From Rhodobacterales bacterium (GTDB taxonomy: Bacteria > Pseudomonadota > Alphaproteobacteria > Rhodobacterales > Rhodobacteraceae): a stretch of DNA of 38,470 nucleotides. This document shows, piece after piece, positions 8,731 through 16,154 of this stretch. Position 1 is the stretch's first letter. Each line of letters starts with the position of its first letter. Both the position numbers and the translations under genes were made by a program. Where the stretch lies: NCBI GenBank assembly GCA_031420215.1, contig JANOMH010000623.1:1-38470 (forward strand), in the 5' to 3' direction. The notes under the pieces are model-generated. The model searched no databases, was not told where the DNA came from, and saw only the letters and a list, made by a program, of their open reading frames with translations.

Positions 8731-10332
8731 TCAGACGCGCTCCACTTCTTCGGGATCTTCTATCCAGCTTTGGAGAATCTGGAATGTTTCTTCCTGCCGC
8801 TCATCAATCATCTTGCGCAGCCGTGCGACCGGATCCTCCCCCGTTACACTGCTCTCGGCGCCCCGGACCGTCGGCGCATCAAGGGCTGCGAACTGGCCTT
8901 GTTCCATTTGTCCAGCGCTGCGGGAGCCCGTTTTCCCGGCACCAAAGCCCCCTTCAAAACTCGCCGGAGAGGGTAGTGCGGCGATTGTGTTGGCCCGGTT
9001 CGATGTCAAAATCGGACGGATGACAAACAAGCCCAGAACCATGGCCACAAGGGCCGTGACTCCGATCTGAATGACCGACATGATATTGATCGGCAGACCC
9101 GGTGCTGTGACGCCCTCTGTCCCCACCACGGCGATCGGTTCAAAGGCCATTGATTTTATTGTAATAACATCACCCCGACTTTCATCGAAACCCACTGCCG
9201 AGGCCACAAGATCGCGCATGGCCGACAGCTCTGCGTCGCTCCGGGGGGTCGTGGTGACGGCGCCTGCTGCATCGGTGCTTGAAACATCATTCACCAACAC
9301 CGCCACGGTCAGCCGTTTGACCGCCCCCGGCGCCCGCAAGATTTCGCGTTGCGTTTCAGAGACTTCAAAATTCGTGAGCGCGCGGGTTTCGGTGTTTTCG
9401 GCATTCGAGCTGCCAGTCCCACCTGCCGCATTGCCATCAGGCAGGTTCGACGCAACCGTCACTTCGCCGCCCTGGCTGTTGGTCGAGGTGTCAGAGCTTT
9501 CCTGCACATCCGTCGAAACCGCGACCCGACTTTCAGGATCAAAGCTATGCTCGGTGATTGATTCGGTCTCGTTCACCGTATCAAGGGACAGCTCAACAAT
9601 GACATTGCCATAGCCAACCCGCGCCTCAAGCAGACGCTCCGCCCGCGCCCGGAGATCCGCGGCACGATCCTGTCCGTTGGCCATGGTGGCCGGATCATCG
9701 GCATTGGCGATCAGCCCGCCTTCACCGTCGATCACTGCCACATCGTCGGGTGAAAGGCCCGAGACAGCAGAGGCCACGAGATAACGTAATGCTTTGGCAT
9801 GATTGGCAGAAAGCACACCGTCCGAGGTCGTCACCGTTACCGCCGCTGTGGCAGGCTGTTCGCGTTGAAATGGCCGGTTGGCGGGTGAGGAAATGTGCAC
9901 CCGTGCGGTGCGGATGTAAGGGCTGGACAGGATTGTGCGGGCCAGTTCGCCCTCTTTCGCGCGCCAATAGGCCGCGTCGAACATCTGCGCCGTCGTTCCA
10001 AAACCCGACAATCCGTCAAGCAATTCGTAGCCTTGCGAATTACTGGCGGGCAACCCTTCTGACGCCAATGACATGCGCAGAACGTCTCTGGCCGAGCTGG
10101 TAACATAAATCGCATCGCCGCGCACTTCATAGGCAATGCCCCGCTGTTCCAACGCTGAAATGACCTCACCTGACGCATCAGGTTCGAGTCCGGCATAAAG
10201 CAGCGCCAGATCAGCAGTTCCCACTCCACGTGACAGGGCCAGGACGGCCGCAAATACGGCCAGCGAGGCCAGAATGGCGGTGATCCTGCGACGGGCGTCC
10301 AGTTTAAGCCAGACGGACAAAAGATTGTCCAA
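8731..10332 (-). CDS. fliF: flagellar MS-ring protein FliF
   Basis: 533 aa with an N-terminal TM helix, YscJ/FliF-type periplasmic domains and a C-terminal TM helix (VIQIGVTALVAMVLGLFVI). The start is TTG (CAA at 10330-10332 on the plus strand), 5 nt after a GGAGGA Shine-Dalgarno. Confidence 0.9.
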   Translation of the reverse strand: MDNLLSVWLKLDARRRITAILASLAVFAAVLALSRGVGTADLALLYAGLEPDASGEVISALEQRGIAYEVRGDAIYVTSSARDVLRMSLASEGLPASNSQGYELLDGLSGFGTTAQMFDAAYWRAKEGELARTILSSPYIRTARVHISSPANRPFQREQPATAAVTVTTSDGVLSANHAKALRYLVASAVSGLSPDDVAVIDGEGGLIANADDPATMANGQDRAADLRARAERLLEARVGYGNVIVELSLDTVNETESITEHSFDPESRVAVSTDVQESSDTSTNSQGGEVTVASNLPDGNAAGGTGSSNAENTETRALTNFEVSETQREILRAPGAVKRLTVAVLVNDVSSTDAAGAVTTTPRSDAELSAMRDLVASAVGFDESRGDVITIKSMAFEPIAVVGTEGVTAPGLPINIMSVIQIGVTALVAMVLGLFVIRPILTSNRANTIAALPSPASFEGGFGAGKTGSRSAGQMEQGQFAALDAPTVRGAESSVTGEDPVARLRKMIDERQEETFQILQSWIEDPEEVERV

Positions 10333-10392
10333 GGTATTCCTCCAAGCATAACGGGCGTTCTGCCCGGTTAGGTAATGAATGAATGATCAGGC

Positions 10393-10407
10393 TTAAGAAT
10401 TGGTTAG
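10393..10407. promoter_or_regulatory. CtrA-box-like motif TTAA-GAATTGG-TTAG in the fliF/fliL divergent promoter region
   Basis: Lies in the AT-richer 119-bp divergent intergenic region, 45 bp from the fliL ATG and 61 bp from the fliF TTG. One mismatch to TTAA-N7-TTAA. Pattern match only. Confidence 0.25.
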
Positions 10408-10451
10408 TCCTGCTGGTCTATCGGTAGGCATCTTCACCCAAAGGTGCCGCC

Positions 10452-10949
10452 ATGACCGCAATAGCCGACCCCGCCCTCGCCACCGCCCCGAAAAAGAAGT
10501 CAAAGATGCCTTTGATCCTTGGCGTTCTGTTTGCCGTTCTTGGCGGTGCGGGGGGATATTTTGCCGTAAAAATGGGGCTGATCGGCGGTCATGCCGTCAC
10601 CGAGGCTCCCGCCGAAGACTTGCACGGCGACCTGCTTGCGCCCCTGGCCCCCGTGGCCTTTGTCGCCCTTGACCCGTTGGTCATCAACATGCCGAATCAA
10701 TCCGGTCGCCAGTTTCTGCGATTCACCGCCCAACTTGAAGTGCCACCAGAATATCAGCTTGAAGTTGAAGCCATCAAACCGCGAATCATCGACGTGCTGA
10801 ATGGCTATCTGCGCGCCGTCGAGCTGGCCGATCTCGAAGATCCGACCGTTTTGCTAAGGCTGCGCGCGCAAATGTTGCGTCGCGTTCAGGTCGTCACCGG
10901 AGAAGGCCGCGTCCGCGATCTGCTCATCATGGAATTTGTATTAAACTGA
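10452..10949 (+). CDS. fliL: flagellar basal-body-associated protein FliL
   Basis: 165 aa. N-terminal TM helix (LILGVLFAVLGGAGGYFAV), then LDPLVINMPNQSGRQFLRFTAQLEV...IKPRIIDVLNGYLRAV...RVRDLLIMEFVLN, matching the FliL family pattern. Confidence 0.75.
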   Translation: MTAIADPALATAPKKKSKMPLILGVLFAVLGGAGGYFAVKMGLIGGHAVTEAPAEDLHGDLLAPLAPVAFVALDPLVINMPNQSGRQFLRFTAQLEVPPEYQLEVEAIKPRIIDVLNGYLRAVELADLEDPTVLLRLRAQMLRRVQVVTGEGRVRDLLIMEFVLN

Positions 10950-10963
10950 AGGAGTTACCAATC

Positions 10964-11323
10964 ATGACCCTGATTGCCGACATGTTGCTTATCGCCGGAG
11001 CCGTGGGGGCCGGGCTTTATTGTTTTGTTCTGTCGCGACGATTGCGCCTGTTCAATGATCTGGAGAAAGGCGTCGGTGGGGCTGTGGCGGTGCTTTCTGC
11101 CCAGGTCGATGATCTGACCCGGACTCTGACCCGCGCCCATGGATCCGCCACAACCTCCGTCAAAGCCCTGGCTGGGGTTACAGACCGGGCGGAAGCCGCG
11201 GCTAAGCAGTTGGAACTGATGATGGCATCCTTGCATGATTTGCCAGGTCAGGCACAGAATTCCGGGATCCCGGTTAACCCGTTTTTCTTTCGGCATCCCG
11301 ATTCTGCTGGGCGCTCATCATGA
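10964..11323 (+). CDS. hypothetical small membrane/coiled-coil protein in the flagellar cluster
   Basis: 119 aa. N-terminal TM helix (LIADMLLIAGAVGAGLYCFVL) followed by a predicted helical region. AAGGAG SD upstream. The stop overlaps the next gene's start (ATGA at 11320). Confidence 0.6.
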   Translation: MTLIADMLLIAGAVGAGLYCFVLSRRLRLFNDLEKGVGGAVAVLSAQVDDLTRTLTRAHGSATTSVKALAGVTDRAEAAAKQLELMMASLHDLPGQAQNSGIPVNPFFFRHPDSAGRSS

Positions 11324-11916
11324 GCGGGCCGCGACCAAAATCCAATCGAACCCGCGCCGGTCGGGGCGTTTTGTCGATTGTCGCTGGAATGCTGATCGCT
11401 TCGGGCCTGATCCGGATTGGAAATGACGCAGAACAGGCCTTTGCTAACGAACACGATGTCACCACAGCCGAGGGCGGGTCGATGGACCCTGCCGCATGTG
11501 ACCCCGCGACCGGCAATGCCGCTTTGCTTGAGGCCTACCGGACCCGCGAAGACCGCATCGCAACCCGCGAGGCGCAGTTGGAAGACCGCCTGCAGGCAAT
11601 GCGCGTGGCAGAGGCCGAGATCACCGACAGGCTGGCGGAGTTGCAGGCGGCCCAGACATCACTTGCAGATACAATTTCGGTCGCCGACTCTGCGGCAGAA
11701 GAGGATCTCGGGCAATTGACCGCTGTCTATGAGAATATGAAACCTCAGGATGCGGCGGCGTTGTTTGAAACCATGGAGCCGGATTTTTCATCGGGATTCA
11801 TGGGTCGGATGCGCCCTGAAATTGCAGCGGCGATCATGGCCCAGCTCCAACCAGAAACAGCCTATGCGATCAGTGCCATTCTGGCGGGCCGCAATGCCAA
11901 TGTGCCGACCGAGTAA
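11320..11916 (+). CDS. MotE/FlbB-like flagellar protein (MgtE_N-like C-terminal domain)
   Basis: 198 aa. N-terminal TM/signal segment (VLSIVAGMLIASGLI), a coiled coil (REAQLEDRLQAMRVAEAEITDRLAELQAAQ), then LTAVYENMKPQDAAALFETMEPDFSSGFMGRMRPEIAAAIMAQLQPETAYAISAILAG, typical of MotE/FlbB-type proteins as I recall them. Confidence 0.5.
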   Translation: MSGPRPKSNRTRAGRGVLSIVAGMLIASGLIRIGNDAEQAFANEHDVTTAEGGSMDPAACDPATGNAALLEAYRTREDRIATREAQLEDRLQAMRVAEAEITDRLAELQAAQTSLADTISVADSAAEEDLGQLTAVYENMKPQDAAALFETMEPDFSSGFMGRMRPEIAAAIMAQLQPETAYAISAILAGRNANVPTE

Positions 11917-12019
11917 CCCAGTTTTTGGTCACCTGAACAGACAAACTTAACCCCTCTCTGCCAGAGTTTCAGCAGAACCGGGACAAGACGGCCCGCAACA
12001 ATAAGGGAATTCCCGAATC

Positions 12020-12886
12020 ATGGTCGGTTTGATCGGCATCGTCATTATCTTTGCTACCGTCTTTGGCGGTTACATCATGGCGGGCGGAAAAATGGACATC
12101 ATTTTGAATGCATTGCCGCATGAAATGATCGTGATAGGCGGGGCGGCAGTCGGGGCTTTTGTCATCTCGAATGATTTCGCCAGCATCAAACATACGCTCA
12201 AGGACATGGGCAAAGTGTTCAAAGGGCCGAAATGGAAGCATAAGGATTACAAGGACCTGCTTTGCCTGCTTTTCGAGCTGATCCGTGTCGCCCGCTCTAA
12301 TCCGGTCGGGCTGGAGGAACATATTGAAAATCCAAAAGAATCGGCAATCTTCGGGAAGTATCCTAGAATTAAAGCTGACAAAGAGGGTGTGGCATTGATT
12401 TGCGATACGTTACGCTCGGCGACAATGAATTACGACGATCCGCATCAAGTCGAAGAAGTCCTCGAAAAACGGCTCGAGGCTTATGGCCATCATACCATGC
12501 ATTCGACCCATGCAATCCAGTCGATTGCCGACGGACTGCCCGCCCTGGGGATCGTAGCAGCAGTGCTGGGCGTGATCAAGACTATGGCGTCAATCGACCA
12601 GCCGCCGGAGATTCTGGGTGAGATGATCGGTGGCGCGTTGGTTGGCACGTTTCTTGGCGTTTTCATGGCTTACGGATTCTTTGCGCCTTTTGCAGCAAAA
12701 CTGACCACGGTTCTGCTCGAGGATTCCCATTTCTACAAATTGATCCGCGAAGTCCTTGTCGCGAACCTGCACCAACACGCCCCTAACATCTGCATCGAAG
12801 TCGGACGGCAAAACACGCCGGGCCACAACCGCCCTTCATTTACCGAATTGGAAGAGGCGCTTAAGGCGACCAAGGACGCAGCATGA
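12020..12886 (+). CDS. motA: flagellar motor stator protein MotA
   Basis: 288 aa. Begins MVGLIGIVIIFATVFGGYIMAGG...MIVIGGAAVGAFVISN and has C-terminal MotA/TolQ/ExbB channel helices (LPALGIVAAVLGVIKTM...GGALVGTFLGVFMAYGF). Confidence 0.9.
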   Translation: MVGLIGIVIIFATVFGGYIMAGGKMDIILNALPHEMIVIGGAAVGAFVISNDFASIKHTLKDMGKVFKGPKWKHKDYKDLLCLLFELIRVARSNPVGLEEHIENPKESAIFGKYPRIKADKEGVALICDTLRSATMNYDDPHQVEEVLEKRLEAYGHHTMHSTHAIQSIADGLPALGIVAAVLGVIKTMASIDQPPEILGEMIGGALVGTFLGVFMAYGFFAPFAAKLTTVLLEDSHFYKLIREVLVANLHQHAPNICIEVGRQNTPGHNRPSFTELEEALKATKDAA

Positions 12887-15315
12887 ACCGGATTGCGTTT
12901 GCATTTTGCCTTCTGGTCTCAGGCTCCTGCAGTGCTGAAGTCGTTAGCCTGCGCGGTGGCGATCATCCAGGCTTTACCCGGCTGGTGGCAGCTATTCCGG
13001 TCGGACGTGCCTGGCAACTGGCCCGCTTGGGGCCGGATTACGTGATCAGAACCGGAAATACCGATGATACATTCGATGTGTCAGCGGCCTTTGACCGCAT
13101 TCAACGGGACCGTATCGCCGGACTGACTACCTCCCAATCGCCGGGAGAGTTGGTGATTTCCATGGCTTGCGATTGCCATGCAACCGCGTTTCAGTGGCAG
13201 CCTGACCGGGTGGTCATCGATGTCCTCGATGGACCAGCCCCAGCCGGATCACAGTTCGAAACACCTGCTGACGCTTCAGAAGCGCCGACCCCTGACGGAA
13301 TTAACCTATCACTGGATGCCTATGTCGTCCCCCATCCGTCCGCAGGGCTGGCTGAGTTTGCGGTCGGAACAGCAGCGGCTGCTCCGACAACGGCTCTGGC
13401 ACTGCCGCTCTTGCTCGCCCCGCCGGTTGGGGCAGATTTACGGCCAATCATTCCACCTCAGGACCACACCGAAATGGCGGCGATGGCGGGCACCCCCAAT
13501 GATCCGCCAGAGCATATCAGCGATACTGAACAGGCCATCATTGAGAGTTTTGCCCGGGCAGCAACGCAAGGATTGCTTGATCTGTCGGGCGCTCCCGCCG
13601 CAGATTTTGAACAACCAGAGCATCAGGACGCACCTGACGATGCGGAGCATACCGGTCAGATTGCAACCGGCGAAGCCGCCACGCACGCAGAGCCTGGCGC
13701 CTTGGAACCCGATACTGCCGGAGGCGGGCCTACATCCCTGACAGAATTCGCATTGTCTGGCCCCGATATCTTACAGCCAGGAATTACATCCCGGACGAGC
13801 ATTGATCGCGAACTGCAGCCGCTTGCAAGCCCGGACCAGTTGAATGCCGTTGAAAACCATTGCTTCGACGAAGCTTTGCTCGACATGGCGGGCTGGGGTG
13901 ATGACCGCGACTTTTCTGCCCAAATCAGCGAGAGGGTGAGCGCCCTTACCTCTGAATTGGACAGCTATCCGGATGGGGCGGTAGAGGCGCTGGCGCAAAG
14001 CTACATCTTCTTCGGATTCGGACGTGAAGCAATCCAGACGCTGAAACTGGACGGGACGGACAGCCAACACCGCCGTGTATTGGTGGCCCTTGGCCAACTG
14101 GTCGATGAAGAACCGGACCCCAGCGACCTGTTTGCCAGTCAACTGGGCTGTGCCAACAAGGCTGCAATCTGGACCGCTCTGGCGCGCGGCACCTTGCAAG
14201 GCACGTCCGAAAGCGAGCGGGTTGCCGCTGCAGCTGGCATTTTGACATTGCCTCCAATGTTGCGCGGCCATTTGGGCGGCCGCCTTGCGCAGATTTTTGT
14301 CGATTTTGGGGATTCCGACGCGGCAGCGGCGATACTTGATTCCGCGCGCGGCCAGGTGACAGCGGACCGGGTTGAAACTGACGTGACAGCCGCTGAAATC
14401 ACCCTAAAGAGCGACGGTGCCGAAGCCGCAATTGGCGCGCTGGAGACTTTGGCACAAGAGGATTTACGTCTGACCCCGGAGGCTTTGGTCCAACTGATCA
14501 ATCTGACCTTGGACGAAGGGCATAATCTCGACCCCGGTTTGATTACGTTGGCCGATTCAATGGTCTACGAACATCGCGGAGAGCCGATTGCTACGGCTTT
14601 GATTGCCGCACAGGCGCGCGGATTGACGGACGGCAATGCCTTTGAGCAGGCATTTGCCCTTTTGGCCGGTGATGTCACCCCGATGGGCGCAGAGGAGCTT
14701 GCCGGATTGCGGACCGCCGCGATCCTCGCTCTTGCGGAACGGGCTGATGATGCTGCTTTCCTCAACTTTGCCTTTGATGATTTGCCCCCGACAGGCAATG
14801 CGCAGGCCGAAAATGCCGTTGCCACCCGGTTGATGACCCTTGGTTTTGCGGACCGCGCCGCAGCCGTACTCGACAGCCCGGCAACCGGGGCCAATGCGCG
14901 CGACCGTAGATATCTGCAAGCCGAAATCGCCGTGGAACTGGGCGATTTTGCCGAGGTTGACGCCCTGCTTGGCGGGATGAGCGATCCGCGTGCGGGTGAA
15001 ATCAGGGCCCGCGCCCTTGCCGCGCAGGGTGATTTCGCAGCGGCGACTTCGGCAGAGCAGGTCTTGCCCGGTGCATTGACCGATCCGGCAGCGGCTTGGA
15101 GAGCGGGCGAATGGGCGATGCTGGAACATTCCGAAGATCCCTTGTTGCGCGCCGCATCCGATGCGGTGCTGGCGGCCCCCGAAACACTCGACCCCAATAC
15201 CCCGCTTGCGTCCAGTCGAGCCCTTTTGGACGAGGCCGTGGCAACCCAAGACCTCGCGGGCCAATTGCTGGAGCGGTTCGCCATTGATCCCGCAACTGAC
15301 CCTGCCACAAACTGA
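12883..15315 (+). CDS. uncharacterised secreted acidic protein (signal peptide, beta-rich N-domain, Pro/Asp/Glu-rich linker, TPR-like helical C-region), translationally coupled to motA
   Basis: 810-aa ORF whose ATG overlaps the motA TGA (ATGA at 12883-12886). N-terminus MNRIAFAFCLLVSGSCSA looks like a Sec signal peptide. The rest is strongly acidic. I recognise no named flagellar family. Confidence 0.8.
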   Translation: MNRIAFAFCLLVSGSCSAEVVSLRGGDHPGFTRLVAAIPVGRAWQLARLGPDYVIRTGNTDDTFDVSAAFDRIQRDRIAGLTTSQSPGELVISMACDCHATAFQWQPDRVVIDVLDGPAPAGSQFETPADASEAPTPDGINLSLDAYVVPHPSAGLAEFAVGTAAAAPTTALALPLLLAPPVGADLRPIIPPQDHTEMAAMAGTPNDPPEHISDTEQAIIESFARAATQGLLDLSGAPAADFEQPEHQDAPDDAEHTGQIATGEAATHAEPGALEPDTAGGGPTSLTEFALSGPDILQPGITSRTSIDRELQPLASPDQLNAVENHCFDEALLDMAGWGDDRDFSAQISERVSALTSELDSYPDGAVEALAQSYIFFGFGREAIQTLKLDGTDSQHRRVLVALGQLVDEEPDPSDLFASQLGCANKAAIWTALARGTLQGTSESERVAAAAGILTLPPMLRGHLGGRLAQIFVDFGDSDAAAAILDSARGQVTADRVETDVTAAEITLKSDGAEAAIGALETLAQEDLRLTPEALVQLINLTLDEGHNLDPGLITLADSMVYEHRGEPIATALIAAQARGLTDGNAFEQAFALLAGDVTPMGAEELAGLRTAAILALAERADDAAFLNFAFDDLPPTGNAQAENAVATRLMTLGFADRAAAVLDSPATGANARDRRYLQAEIAVELGDFAEVDALLGGMSDPRAGEIRARALAAQGDFAAATSAEQVLPGALTDPAAAWRAGEWAMLEHSEDPLLRAASDAVLAAPETLDPNTPLASSRALLDEAVATQDLAGQLLERFAIDPATDPATN

Positions 15316-15334
15316 TCCCGGCACGCCGGTCAGA

Positions 15335-15355
15335 TCTGCGCTGCAATGGCGCAGA
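15335..15355 (+). terminator. 7-bp hairpin (TCTGCGC-tgcaatg-GCGCAGA) 20 nt after the orf810 stop
   Basis: Inverted repeat read from the sequence, followed by AAGTT. No T-tract, so a weak terminator or RNA-processing candidate. Confidence 0.25.
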
Positions 15356-15420
15356 AAGTTACGAAATCTAAACCCCCTATGCCTAGTCTTGGGGGGAACA
15401 GGCAGCAGAAAGCGCACTGA

Positions 15421-16146
15421 ATGACATGGCTCACCGGCCCCGCAATCGGGGCACCGCTTGCAGTTTGGCCGGGCCTGCTTTCTCGGATCATCTTGCTTGG
15501 GTGCGTGCAGGTTCTGCCAGCCCATGCTGACCCCACCGATATCTGCCTGACTGCCGCCCGCGACGCAGCAGCCGTCAGCGATGTGCCGCTATCGGTCTTG
15601 ATCGCCATCACCCAGACTGAAACCGGACGGGGGCAAAGCGGGGAAACCCGGCCCTGGCCCTGGACTGTGAATATGGAAGGTGAAGGACATTGGTTCGACA
15701 GCCGCGACGAGGCTTTGGCCTATGTCTTTGAAAACTATAACCGGGGGGCGCGCAGTTTCGATATTGGTTGTTTCCAGATCAATTTTCGCTGGCATGGCGA
15801 GCATTTCAACTCGATCGAAGAGATGTTTGATCCTGCCGCCAATGCGGCTTATGCGGCCCGGTTCCTGAGCAATCTATATGCCGAGACCGGCGATTGGTCG
15901 GCAGCGGCTGGTGCGTTCCATTCGCGAACCGAGGTGCATGCCGCAGGTTATCGCACGACATTTGACCGGTTCCGCGATGAAGCCATTGCAGCCGGTGCCG
16001 ATAGCGGCGCGGGTTATTCCGGGGCATCGCCGGTTTTGCTGGCTGCAGCCGATAGCCAAGCTGAACCCCGCAGCAACAGCTTTCCACTTTTGCAAACCAG
16101 CACCGGAAACCGGTCGCTGGGTTCCCTCGTCCCGCTTAGCCCATAA
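15421..16146 (+). CDS. SLT-domain lytic transglycosylase, probable flagellum-specific peptidoglycan hydrolase
   Basis: 241 aa. Signal-like N-terminus (ILLGCVQVLPAHA). SLT-type core LSVLIAITQTETGR...SFDIGCFQINFRWHGEHF...DPAANAAYAARFLSNLY. Located 8 nt upstream of flhA. Confidence 0.7.
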   Translation: MTWLTGPAIGAPLAVWPGLLSRIILLGCVQVLPAHADPTDICLTAARDAAAVSDVPLSVLIAITQTETGRGQSGETRPWPWTVNMEGEGHWFDSRDEALAYVFENYNRGARSFDIGCFQINFRWHGEHFNSIEEMFDPAANAAYAARFLSNLYAETGDWSAAAGAFHSRTEVHAAGYRTTFDRFRDEAIAAGADSGAGYSGASPVLLAAADSQAEPRSNSFPLLQTSTGNRSLGSLVPLSP

Positions 16147-16154
16147 GGCATCCG

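Noticed and set aside
13234-13872. Pro/Ala/Asp/Glu-rich middle region of orf810 as a possible nucleotide tandem repeat or recombination hot spot
   Set aside because: I could find no nucleotide-level tandem repeat. It appears to be a compositionally biased, probably disordered, linker only.
14557-15525. 322-aa and 247-aa minus-strand ORFs antisense to orf810
   Set aside because: Their composition is Arg/Gly/Cys-rich or Ala/Ser-rich, typical of antisense frames of an Ala/Asp/Leu-rich gene. They have no SD or recognisable motif. The plus-strand frame has the signal peptide and is coupled to motA.
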